From: Histomonas meleagridis 2922-C6/04-290x
Lineage: Eukaryota > Protista > Parabasalia
Assembly: GCA_020184695.1 (NCBI GenBank)
Contig: JAANOX010000280.1
Coordinates: 62,001 to 126,000, forward strand
Direction of reading: 5' to 3'
Length of the DNA: 64,000 bases
Shown here: positions 54,759 through 64,000 of the stretch, piece by piece
Layout: each line of letters starts with the position of its first letter
Position numbering within the stretch: position 1 is the stretch's first letter
Notes under the pieces: model-generated
Told to the model about the DNA's origin: nothing
The model's database searches: none
What the model saw: the letters and a program-made list of their open reading frames with translations, nothing else
Translations under genes and position numbers: made by a program

Positions 54759-57700
54759 TTATTTATCTCTAACATATTTTACCATGTATGGGAATTTTGC
54801 GAATATCTTATTATTCTTATTCCTAATACACCATCTATTTAACACCACGTCATCAATTCCTTGTACAGGTCCTACGTCTTTCGGTGGCAAATTTGCGACG
54901 TCCAAAATTTTCTCCACTTTCTTCTTCATTAAGAAATCCATTGGGTTTATATCAACTCCGAGAACAGTATCCTTTACGTCATAAGCAAGTAGCATTAACG
55001 CGACAACATCAGGAGGTAAATCTGGTGCAATATCGTCAATCATATCGGGATCCTTACATATATTTGGCGCGAGTAAAAATATCGACACAACTTGTCTTGA
55101 AACTGGGAATGAAACATTTGCATCTGATTCGACAGCAGTAATCAATGTATTCCAAACCATAGCATTTGAAAAAGCAAATCTTGTTTGATTTGCAAGTATT
55201 TTATTAGCAATTCTCATATCGAAATCTTTAACGAATTGATCAAAAAGATATAAATTAATATCATTCGTGAAACGGAATATTTGTCGTACGTTCGAAAGGA
55301 AATCGATGTAATCCGCATATAAATCATCAAAATCAAATTTCGCTGTTGCAAAACGATTTGTTAATATGTCTGAACGTGTCAATAATGACGAATATATTTT
55401 ACGTTGATATGAACTAAATGTTGGGATTATTGAACGAATGAAAATGGATTTGCGATTTGATGGGAAATCTGTTCGATTTTGAACAAGTAAAATAAGAAGA
55501 AGTGTTGTGATGAAATGCGTTTCAACTTTTTTGCTATCACTAAAGTTATTTAAGGCATAAAGCGTTCCAAATAATGAACAAAGAGGTGTAAAGTCTTCAT
55601 CACCAACTTTGTTGGGATTAAAGATTTGGGATTCAATAAGTGATGAGAATATAGGGAATATGGATGGCGGAAATGCAAATTTGTTATTGGAATCATAGAA
55701 GGCAATGGAGCTATCACGGGTGTAAACATTGGAAAGTGATATTTTGATGTAGTCGCCAGGTGTCTTGAAAGTAAATGGAACAATGGCTTCTTCTTCAGTT
55801 GAACTTTCGTCACTTGATGAATAGTCATTAGTATAATCACCGCTTGATGTGTCTTCATCACTATAATATGAATCATAATCTGAGAGTTCGACGGATTTGG
55901 AAACGATCTTGGCTTCTTTACTTGTTTTATCTTTTTCTTTATGAAGTTTCTCTTCTTCTTTACGTAATTTTTCTTCTTTTTGTTTCTTTTCTTCCTCTTT
56001 CTTTCTAAGTTTTTCTTCCTCTTCCTTTCTAATTCTTTCTTCTTCTTCCTTTCTAATTCTTTCCTCTTCTTCCTTTCTAATTCTTTCCTCTTCTTCCTTT
56101 CTAATTCTTTCCTCTTCTTCCTTTCTAATTCTTTCCTCTTCTTCCTTTCTAATTCTTTCCTCTTCTTCCTTTCTAATTCTTTCCTCTTCTTCCTTTCTAA
56201 TTCTTTCCTCTTCTTCCTTTCTAATTCTTTCCTCTTCTTCCTTTCTAATTCTTTCTTCCTCTTCTTTACGTAATCTTTCTTCTTCTTCCTTTCTAAGTTT
56301 TTCTTCCTCTTCTTCTTTACGTAATCTTTCTTCTTCTTCCTTTCTAATTCTTTCCTCTTCTTCCTTTCGAAGTCTTTCTTCCTCTTCTTTACGTAATCTT
56401 TCCTCTTCTTCCTTTCGAAGTCTTTCTTCTTCTTCTTTACGTAATCTTTCCTCTTCTTCCTTTCTAAGTCTTTCTTCTTCTTGCTTCTTGAGCATACCTT
56501 CTTCTTCCTTGTGTAGCCTTTCCTCCTCTTGTTTAAGTTTTTCTTCTCTTTTGATTCTTTCATCCTCTTCTATTCTTATGCCTTCTTCTTCTTTACGTAC
56601 TCTCTCTTCCTCTATATTTTGCATTTCAAGTTTTTCTCTTCTTGAAACTTCTTCTTCGCATAAAATTCTTTCTTCCTCTGTACGAATTCTTTCCTCTTCT
56701 TCTGTTCTTAATTTATTCTGTTCTTCTCTTCTTAATCTATCTTCTTCTTCCTTACGAATTCTTTCTTCTTCCTTTTCAGCCATTTCTTTATCTATTCTTA
56801 GTCTTTCATCTTCTTCCTTATGCAACATTTCTTCATCCTTTTCTTTTCTAATTCTTTCTTCTGCTTCATTAAGAAGTCTTTCACATTCATCACTTCTTGA
56901 TTTCATTTCTTCTTCTAATCTTAATTTCTCATTTCCTTCGATTCTAATACTTTCTTCTTCTTTTTGTATTCTTTCTTCTTCTTCCATATGATGTCTTTGT
57001 TCCTCTTGTTCTCTTAATCTATCATCTAACATAGTTCTTATCCTATTTTCTATATCTTGAATTGACTTCTCTTCTTCTTCTTTTCTTGTCTTCTCATCCT
57101 CTATGCTTTGAAGTTTTTCATCTTCTTCAATTTTGTGTATGTATTCTTCTATTCTTGCAATTTCTTCTTCCATTGCTAATTTCTCTTGTTCTATTCTTAT
57201 TTGCACATTTTCTTCTTTTCTATGTTTCTCTTCTTCTTCTCTTCGAAGATTTTCTTCTTCTTCCATTCTTCTTCTATCTTCTTCTTCAACTTTCATTCTC
57301 TCTTCGCTTTCTCTTATAATTCTTTCATCTTCTTCAATTCTTAGTTTTTCTTCTTCATCTTTTCTAAGCCTTGCTTCCTTTTCTATTATTAGATTTTCTT
57401 CTGCTTCTATTCTTTGTTTTTCTTCCTCTCTTCTAAATATTTCTTCTTTTTCGTTAAGTTTTGATATCTCTTCTTCTTCTCTTAATTTCATTTCTTCTTC
57501 TTTATTTCTTAATTTTTCTTCAACTTCACGAATTATGTTTTCATAATTTTCGTTTCTTATTTTTTCTTCTTCTTCTATTCTAAGTTTTTCTTCTTCTTCT
57601 CGTTTAAATTTCTCATCATTTTCAAGTTTCAATTTTTCTTCTTTTTCTTTTTCATGTATTTCAATATTTCTTTCGTGTGATTTTTCTTCTTCTTCATTTT

Positions 57701-60700
57701 TGATTTTGTCTTCCTCTTCTTGCCTGAGTTTTTCATCCTTTTGTGATCTTAATTTTTCATCTTCTTTCATTCTTAATTTCTCTTTGCTTTCTCTCCTTAA
57801 TTTCTGTTTCTCTTCATTTATTAATTTATCTTCTGATTCGTTCTTTAATTGTTGTTTCTCTTTTTCTTCTTCACTTCCTAATAATTCGATATCTCTTGAA
57901 GTTAATTCTTCATCATCTTCACTTCTTAATCTCTTTTCTTCTTCAAGTTTTAATATTTCGTCTTCTCTTCTTATTCTTTCTTCCTCTTCTTTCCTAAGTC
58001 GCTCTTCTTCCTCAATTATAATTTTCTCTTCATTTTCTTTTCGACTTCTTTCTTCTTCTTCAATTCTCATTTTCTCTTCTTCTTCTCTTCTATTTCTTTC
58101 GTCATTTTCATACTTCAATTTCTCTTCCTCTAATTGTTTGATCATCTCTTCTTTTGTGAGTTTCATTGTTCCTTCATCTTCTTTTTCAGATTCTTCTCCT
58201 TGTGCTAAATTCTCTTTCCTAAGAATTTCTTTAATTCTTTCTCTTCCATCATCTTCGATAAGTAATTTCTCTTCTTCTTCTTTGAGAATTCTTTCTTCTT
58301 CATGTAGTTTTTGCTCCAAATCTGTGAGAATTATTTCGGCTTCTCTCATTCTTAGTTCTGCTTCTTTTCCTAATTTCATTTCAACGCTAAGTTTTTCTTC
58401 TTCATTTTCATCTTTATCTTCCTTAATAAACTTCTCTTCTTCTTTTTGAATTCTTTCTTCTTCATTTTGGAGTTTTTGTTCTAATTCTTTGAGAATTATT
58501 TCTGCTTCATTACCTCTAATTTCATCTTCTTTTCCTAATTTCATTTCTTCTGTTCCAATTCCTTCTTCTTTTCCTAGTCTTTCATTATCTGCAATTAATA
58601 ATTTCTCTTCTTCTTCCTTTAGAATTCGTTCTTCTTCATGGAGTTTCTCATCTAATTCTTTAATAATTATTTCTGCATCTCTATTTACAAGGTCTTCTTC
58701 TTTTTCTTCTTTCACTTCCTCTGTTCTAAGTTTTTCTTCTTCCTTTTGTAATTGTTCTTCCTTATCTTTTCTGAATTGTTCTTCTTTATCTTGTCTTAAT
58801 TTCTCTTGTTCGCTTATTATTCTCTTTTCTTCACTTTGGAGATATTCTTTCTCCCTTCTTGTTCTTTCTTCTTCTTCGCTTCTTATTTGTTCATCCATCT
58901 CTCTTTGTAATCTTTCTTCTTGTTCGATTCTTATTTTGTCAACTTCTCCTGAAATTTCTTCTTGTTCTCTTCTCATTCTTTCATTATAAAATGTTATAAG
59001 CATTTCTTCTATTTCTTTGCTCTTTCTTTCAGCTTCATCGCTATTGAATTTCTCTTCTTCTTCTATTCTCATTCTTTCATCTTCTTTTTCTCTGCTGTTT
59101 CTTTCGCTATCTTCAGTTTGAAGTACCTCTTCGACTTCTTTTATCCTTATTTCAGATTCATCTTTCTTTGATTTGTCTTCTTCTTCTCTTAATCTTTCAT
59201 CTTCTTGTTCTCTCTTCATTCTTTCGTTATCTTCTGTTATAAGCATTTCTTCTATTTCTTTGTTCTTTCTTTCAGACACATCCTTCATTAATTTGTCTTC
59301 TTCCGCGGTCCTTAATTTTTCATTTTCTTGTTCTCTTCTCATTCTTTCATTATCTTCTACTATAAGCATTTCTTCTATTTCTTTGTTCTTTCTTTCAGAT
59401 TTATCGCTATTGAATTTCTCTTCTTCTTCTATTCTCATTCTTTCATCTTCCTGTTCTCTTCGTATTCTTTCGTTATCTTCTGCTTGAAGTGTTTCTTCTA
59501 TTTCTCTGATCTTTATTTCTAATTCATCTTTCATTAATTTATCAGCTTCTGCACTTAATCTTTCATCTTCTTGTTCTCTCTTCATTCTTTCTTCCTCCTC
59601 TAATTTAAGTCTTTCTTCGATTTCTTTGTTCTTTCTTTCAGACACATCCTTCATTAATTTATCTTCTTCTTCTATTCTCATTCTTTCATCTTCCTGTTCT
59701 CTCCTCATTCTTTCATTATCTTCTGCTTGAAGTGTTTCTTCAACTTCTCTGATTCTTATTTCTGATTCATCTTTCTTTGATTTATCAGATTCTTCTCTTA
59801 ATCTTTCATCTTCTTGTTCTCGTCGTGTTCTTTCTTTATCTTCTGTGCTAAGTGTTTCTTCTATTTCTCTGATCTTTATTTCAGCTTCATCTTTCATCAA
59901 TTTATCTTCTTCTTCTTTTCTTAGATTTTCAATTTCAGTTTCTCTTCTCATTCTTTCTTCATCTTCGAATCTTAGTCTGTCGTTTTCTTCTTGTTTCATT
60001 CTTTCAGCTTCTTCTCTCCTTGATCTTTCTTCCTCTTCTTTCTTTAATAGTTCATCTTCTTCTCTTCTCATTCTTTCATTTTCCTCTAATCTTATTCTCT
60101 CATCTTCTTCCTGTTTCATTCTTTCTTCTTCTTTTCTTATTAATCTTTCATTATCTTCTATACGAAGTTTTTCATCTTCTTCGTGTCGATTTCTTTCATC
60201 ATTTTCTGTTCTTATTCTTTCTGCTTCACTTCTCTTTAGAGTTTCTTCTTTTTCTTTCTTTACTCCATCTTCTTCTCTTTGGAGTTTTTCTTCCGCTTCT
60301 ATTTTATTCATTTCTTCTTCATCTCTCTTTAATCTTTCTTCATCTTCTTTCTTTATGAGTTCCAGTTGTTCTCTTTGGTGTCTTTCTTCTTCTTCAAATT
60401 GTAATCGCTTTAAATCTTCTTGTCTTAGTCTTTCATCTTCTTCCCTCTTTGCTTTATCTTCTTCTTCTCTTCTTAACATTTCCTGTTCTTCTTTATGATG
60501 AATTTCTTCAATGTTCTTTTGTATTCTTTCTTCTTCTTCCTGAAGATGCTTTTCATCTTCTTCACTTCTGAGTTTTTCTTCCTTTTCTCTTCTCATTCTG
60601 TCTTCTTCCTCTAATTTCAATCTTTCTTCTTCTTGTCGTAATCTTTCTTCTTTATCTTTTCTTGTTCGTTCTTCTTCTTCTAATTTCAATCTCTCTTCTT

Positions 60701-63700
60701 CTTCTTTACGAAGCCTTTCCTCTTCCTCTTTGTGCAATTTTTCTTCTTCTTCTTTCCTGAATCTTTCAGCTTCTTCTTTTCGTAATCGTTCCTCTTCCTC
60801 CTTGTGTAATCTCTCTTCTTCTGCTTTTCGAAGTTTTTCCTCTTCTTCTTTTTGAAGTTTTTCTTTTTCTTCTTGCATATGCTTCTCCTCTTCTTCCTTA
60901 CGTAATCTTTCCTCTTCTTCTTTTCTCTGTCTTTCCTCCTCTTCCTTTTGCAATCTTTCTTCTTCTTCCTTACGTAAGCGTTCTTCTTCCTCCTTTCTAA
61001 GCCTCTCTTCTTCTTCCTTTTGTAATCTTTCTTCTTCTTCCTTTTGTAATCTTTCTTCTTCTTCCTTTCGTATTCTTTCTTCTTCTTCCTTACGTAAGCG
61101 TTCTTCTTCCTCCTTTTGTAATCTTTCCTCTTCCGCTTTAAGGATTCTCTCTTCCTCTTCCTTTTGTAATCTTTCCTCTTCTTCTTTCCTGAAGCGTTCT
61201 TCCTCTTCTTTATGTTTTCTCTTTTCCTCTTCTCTTTCCAATATTTCGGCTACTTCCTTTCTTAATCTTTCATCTTCTTCTCTTAATCTTTCTTCATGTT
61301 CTTTTCTCAAACCTTCCTCTTCTTCTTTTCTTAATTTTTCTTCCTCTTCCTTTTGAAGTTTTTCTTTTTCTTTTTCTCGTTCTAACTCTTCTTCTACTCT
61401 TCTCGATCTTTCTTCCTCTTCCTTTTGAAGTCTTTCTTTTTCTTCTTGTATATGCTTCTCTTCTTCTTCCTTTCTTATCTTTTCTTCTTCATCTTTCTTT
61501 ATACTTTCCTCTTCTTCTCTTCTCGTTCTTTCTGCTTCTTCTTTGTTACGCATTTCTTCTTCTATTCTTAAATTCTCTTTTTCTTCTTCTTTTCCTAAAA
61601 TCACTTCCCTTTCTTGAACATATCCTTCCTCTTGTTCTTTTCGAAGTTTTTCTTCTTTCTCTTCATTTCTAATTCTCTCTTCTTCTTCCTTCTTCAATCT
61701 TTCTTCCTCTTTATTATTATTAATATCTTCTATTTCTATTCTTAATTTCTTTTCATCTTCTTCTCTGTTTAATTTCTCTTTCTCTTCATCTTTCATAATT
61801 CTTTCTTTCTCTTCTCTTTGCAACCTTTCTTCTTCATCCTTTTGTTTTCTTTCTTCTTCATCTTTTCTTAGTATTTCTTCGCTTTCTCTTCTTGATCTAT
61901 CGTTTTCTTCCCAGTTATGTGTTTCTTCTTCGAATATCCTAAATCTTTCTTCATCTTCTTTCTTTAGCCGATTCTCTTCTTCTTCCTTATGATGTATATT
62001 TCCCTCTTCTTCTCTTCGTTTTCTTTCTTCTTCCTCTATCTTTAATTTCTCTTCATTATCTTTCTTTAGTCTTTCTCCTTCTGAATTCAATATTTCCTCT
62101 TCTTCTTTTCTAACGATTTCTTGTTCTCTCTTTGCTCTTTCTTCTTCTTCTTTAATTAGTCTTTCTTCTTCTTTCTTAAGAATCACTTCTAATTCTTGTT
62201 TTTGAAGTTTTTCATCTTCTTCTTTCCTTAGTTTTTCTTCTTCCTCTCTTCTTAATAATTCATTCTCTTCTATCTTTAATAGCACATCTTTTTCTCTAAT
62301 TATCATTTCTTGTTCTTCTTTATCATATTTATCTTCATCCTCTTTCTTGAATTGCTCATTTTCTTCTCTTTGTAATCTTTCCTTTTCTTCATTTTGAAGT
62401 ATTTCTTCTTCATCTTTAAGCCTCCTTTCGAATTCTTCATTCCATATTTGTTCATCTTTTTCTTTCTTCAATCTTTCTTCCTCTTCTCTCTTTAATTGTT
62501 CCTCTTCTTCTTTCTTTGATCTTTCTTTTTCTTCCTTAAGAAGTATTTCATCTTCTTCTTTTCGATGTTTTTCTTCTTCAGCAATTCTTAATTGATCTTC
62601 TTCCTTTCTAATATTTTCTTCAACATTTCTTAATCTTTCGTCTTCTTCTCTTCTTAACTTTTCTTCTTCTTCATTTCGAATTTTTTCATCTTCATCTTTT
62701 CTATTTAATATTACCTCTTCTTCTATCTTTGACCTTTCTTCTTCATCTTTCTTTAACCTTTCTTCCTCTTCTTTTCTTATTTTATCTTCTTCTTCTTTCA
62801 ACTTTTCTTCTTCGTTTCTTATTCTTTCTTCTTCTATTTTACTTACTTCTTCCTTTTCTCTCTTTAATCGTTCTTCCTCTTCTTTAAGTAGATTTTCCTC
62901 TTCTTCTCTAAGATGTTTTTCTTCTTTCTCTTTAATGATGTTTTCTTCCTGTTCTATTCTTATTCTTTCTTCTTCTTCTCTTCGAAGTCTCTCGTTTTCT
63001 TCTATCTTTAATCTTTCTTCTTCATCTTTCTTTACTCTTTCTTCCTCTGCAATTCTAAGTCTTTCATCAGTGTCATTCTTAAATCTTTCATTTTCTTCAT
63101 TCATTATTTGTTCTTCTTTTTCTTTTCTGTGTCTTTCTTCTTCCTCTATTTTAATTCTTTCATTTTCTTCTTTCTCTTCTCTTAATTTCTCTTCCTCATC
63201 TCTCCTATATTTCTCTTCATTTTCCTCTTTCTTAATTCGCTCTTCTTCTTCTCTTTTAATATTATCTTCAAATTCTATTCGAAGTTTTTCGTCTTCTTTT
63301 CTCATTCTTTCTTCTTCTTCTTTTCTTAATTTTTCTTCCTCTTCAACTCGAAGTTTTTCATCATTTTCAAACCTTATTCTCTCATCATCTTCACTACTTA
63401 TTTCTCCAATACCTCTACTTTGTAATTGTTGAACTTCACCACTATTTCTTTCTTCTTCCTCTTTTTGTAGTCTTCCTTCTTCTTCTTTTCTTAATATTTC
63501 TTCAGTTTGTTCCTTTCTTAATCTTTCTTCTTCTGCTTGTCGAAGCATTTCTTCTTCTATTGCTTTAATAGTTTCCTCATTCTCTTTTCTATTTCTTTCT
63601 TCCTCTTCTTTCTTTAATATTTCTTCAAATCTTTCCTTTCGTAATTTATCATCTTCATCTTTACGAGTTCTTTCATCTTCTTCCATTTTAGTCGTTTCGT

Positions 63701-64000
63701 CATTTTCTCTTCTATTTCTTTCTTCTTCTTCTTTCCTTAATATTTCTTCCAAATTATCTTTTCTCAATTTATCTTCTTCATCTTTGCGAGCCATTTCATC
63801 TTTTTCTATTTCAGTTATTACATCACTTTCTCTTCTATTTCTTTCTTCTTCTTCTTTTCTCAATATTTTTTCCAGATTATCTTTTCTCGACTTTTCTTCT
63901 TCATCTCTATGAGTTCTCTCATCCTTATGAATTTCATGCATTGCTTCATTTTCTCGTTTGTTTCTTTCTTCTTCTTCTTTCCTTAATATTTCTTCTAAAT
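54759..64000 (-). CDS. Giant E/K/R-rich (trichohyalin-like/SAH) coiled-coil protein with a C-terminal DIL-like domain; 5'-truncated by the window
   Basis: The frame stays open past 63941 to base 64000 (LEEILRKEEEERNKRENEAM...). The C-terminal 'LFDQFVKDFDMRIANKIL...FSNAMVWNTLI...RQVVSIFLL...LPPDVVALMLLAY' resembles a Dilute domain. Confidence 0.85.
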   Translation of the reverse strand, partial: LEEILRKEEEERNKRENEAMHEIHKDERTHRDEEEKSRKDNLEKILRKEEEERNRRESDVITEIEKDEMARKDEEDKLRKDNLEEILRKEEEERNRRENDETTKMEEDERTRKDEDDKLRKERFEEILKKEEEERNRKENEETIKAIEEEMLRQAEEERLRKEQTEEILRKEEEGRLQKEEEERNSGEVQQLQSRGIGEISSEDDERIRFENDEKLRVEEEEKLRKEEEERMRKEDEKLRIEFEDNIKREEEERIKKEENEEKYRRDEEEKLREEKEENERIKIEEEERHRKEKEEQIMNEENERFKNDTDERLRIAEEERVKKDEEERLKIEENERLRREEEERIRIEQEENIIKEKEEKHLREEEENLLKEEEERLKREKEEVSKIEEERIRNEEEKLKEEEDKIRKEEEERLKKDEEERSKIEEEVILNRKDEDEKIRNEEEEKLRREEDERLRNVEENIRKEEDQLRIAEEEKHRKEEDEILLKEEKERSKKEEEEQLKREEEERLKKEKDEQIWNEEFERRLKDEEEILQNEEKERLQREENEQFKKEDEDKYDKEEQEMIIREKDVLLKIEENELLRREEEEKLRKEEDEKLQKQELEVILKKEEERLIKEEEERAKREQEIVRKEEEEILNSEGERLKKDNEEKLKIEEEERKRREEEGNIHHKEEEENRLKKEDEERFRIFEEETHNWEENDRSRRESEEILRKDEEERKQKDEEERLQREEKERIMKDEEKEKLNREEDEKKLRIEIEDINNNKEEERLKKEEEERIRNEEKEEKLRKEQEEGYVQEREVILGKEEEKENLRIEEEMRNKEEAERTRREEEESIKKDEEEKIRKEEEEKHIQEEKERLQKEEEERSRRVEEELEREKEKEKLQKEEEEKLRKEEEEGLRKEHEERLREEDERLRKEVAEILEREEEKRKHKEEEERFRKEEEERLQKEEEERILKAEEERLQKEEEERLRKEEEERIRKEEEERLQKEEEERLQKEEEERLRKEEEERLRKEEEERLQKEEEERQRKEEEERLRKEEEEKHMQEEKEKLQKEEEEKLRKAEEERLHKEEEERLRKEEAERFRKEEEEKLHKEEEERLRKEEEERLKLEEEERTRKDKEERLRQEEERLKLEEEDRMRREKEEKLRSEEDEKHLQEEEERIQKNIEEIHHKEEQEMLRREEEDKAKREEDERLRQEDLKRLQFEEEERHQREQLELIKKEDEERLKRDEEEMNKIEAEEKLQREEDGVKKEKEETLKRSEAERIRTENDERNRHEEDEKLRIEDNERLIRKEEERMKQEEDERIRLEENERMRREEDELLKKEEEERSRREEAERMKQEENDRLRFEDEERMRRETEIENLRKEEEDKLMKDEAEIKIREIEETLSTEDKERTRREQEDERLREESDKSKKDESEIRIREVEETLQAEDNERMRREQEDERMRIEEEDKLMKDVSERKNKEIEERLKLEEEERMKREQEDERLSAEADKLMKDELEIKIREIEETLQAEDNERIRREQEDERMRIEEEEKFNSDKSERKNKEIEEMLIVEDNERMRREQENEKLRTAEEDKLMKDVSERKNKEIEEMLITEDNERMKREQEDERLREEEDKSKKDESEIRIKEVEEVLQTEDSERNSREKEDERMRIEEEEKFNSDEAERKSKEIEEMLITFYNERMRREQEEISGEVDKIRIEQEERLQREMDEQIRSEEEERTRREKEYLQSEEKRIISEQEKLRQDKEEQFRKDKEEQLQKEEEKLRTEEVKEEKEEDLVNRDAEIIIKELDEKLHEEERILKEEEEKLLIADNERLGKEEGIGTEEMKLGKEDEIRGNEAEIILKELEQKLQNEEERIQKEEEKFIKEDKDENEEEKLSVEMKLGKEAELRMREAEIILTDLEQKLHEEERILKEEEEKLLIEDDGRERIKEILRKENLAQGEESEKEDEGTMKLTKEEMIKQLEEEKLKYENDERNRREEEEKMRIEEEERSRKENEEKIIIEEEERLRKEEEERIRREDEILKLEEEKRLRSEDDEELTSRDIELLGSEEEKEKQQLKNESEDKLINEEKQKLRRESKEKLRMKEDEKLRSQKDEKLRQEEEDKIKNEEEEKSHERNIEIHEKEKEEKLKLENDEKFKREEEEKLRIEEEEKIRNENYENIIREVEEKLRNKEEEMKLREEEEISKLNEKEEIFRREEEKQRIEAEENLIIEKEARLRKDEEEKLRIEEDERIIRESEERMKVEEEDRRRMEEEENLRREEEEKHRKEENVQIRIEQEKLAMEEEIARIEEYIHKIEEDEKLQSIEDEKTRKEEEEKSIQDIENRIRTMLDDRLREQEEQRHHMEEEERIQKEEESIRIEGNEKLRLEEEMKSRSDECERLLNEAEERIRKEKDEEMLHKEEDERLRIDKEMAEKEEERIRKEEEDRLRREEQNKLRTEEEERIRTEEERILCEEEVSRREKLEMQNIEEERVRKEEEGIRIEEDERIKREEKLKQEEERLHKEEEGMLKKQEEERLRKEEEERLRKEEEERLRKEEEERLRKEEEERLRKEEEERIRKEEEERLRKEEEEEKLRKEEEERLRKEEEERIRKEEEERIRKEEEERIRKEEEERIRKEEEERIRKEEEERIRKEEEERIRKEEEERIRKEEEERIRKEEEERIRKEEEEKLRKKEEEKKQKEEKLRKEEEKLHKEKDKTSKEAKIVSKSVELSDYDSYYSDEDTSSGDYTNDYSSSDESSTEEEAIVPFTFKTPGDYIKISLSNVYTRDSSIAFYDSNNKFAFPPSIFPIFSSLIESQIFNPNKVGDEDFTPLCSLFGTLYALNNFSDSKKVETHFITTLLLILLVQNRTDFPSNRKSIFIRSIIPTFSSYQRKIYSSLLTRSDILTNRFATAKFDFDDLYADYIDFLSNVRQIFRFTNDINLYLFDQFVKDFDMRIANKILANQTRFAFSNAMVWNTLITAVESDANVSFPVSRQVVSIFLLAPNICKDPDMIDDIAPDLPPDVVALMLLAYDVKDTVLGVDINPMDFLMKKKVEKILDVANLPPKDVGPVQGIDDVVLNRWCIRNKNNKIFAKFPYMVKYVRDK
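56015..56260 (-). repeat. About 10 near-perfect 24-bp coding tandem repeats (ERIRKEEE)
   Basis: 'ttctaattct' recurs every 24 bp from about 56027 to 56243. Confidence 0.9.

Noticed and set aside
54784-63432. Plus-strand Ser/Leu/Phe-rich ORFs and the alternative-frame 55550-56563 ORF
   Set aside because: Shadows of the E/K/R-rich minus-strand repeat gene.
55920-63900. CRISPR-like or transposon repeat array
   Set aside because: The repeats are in-frame coding units without unique spacers. No transposase or TIR-bounded element was seen in the window.

Overview
AT-rich, gene-dense eukaryotic DNA (standard genetic code) from a parabasalid, probably a Tritrichomonas/Histomonas-type trichomonad (inference). 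Evidence: hydrogenosomal succinyl-CoA synthetase beta with an MLSTSFSR leader, a GTATGT...CTAACACACAG intron, Inr/M3 core-promoter motifs and a DUF3447-type ankyrin gene. The window holds about 25 protein genes, including an exportin-like protein, EFL1, SAS6-like, Kae1/OSGEP, beta-amylase, Rab, Sam50, eL33, TM2D, ChAPs, SYS1, RNase H2B, a DYRK kinase and a giant coiled-coil DIL protein, plus tRNA-Cys and tRNA-Gly. The most striking feature is the ankyrin gene at 5160-7162. At five consecutive repeat junctions, an intact 34-aa ankyrin frame is interrupted at the same D-x-x-G-x-T hairpin by two U-rich inserts of almost fixed length (51 nt, once 49, and 17 nt). The inserts flank a 3-6 nt island that supplies the consensus Gly in four of five cases. 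They carry no usable GT-AG or ACTAAC signals, which suggests an unexplained non-canonical RNA-processing or recoding mechanism. Other structure: beta-amylase sits between head-to-head eL33 and Kae1, bracketed by a 30/31-bp direct repeat. There are also two local inverted duplications (about 3 kb and 1.24 kb) whose frameshifts are almost all homopolymer indels, most likely sequencing errors.
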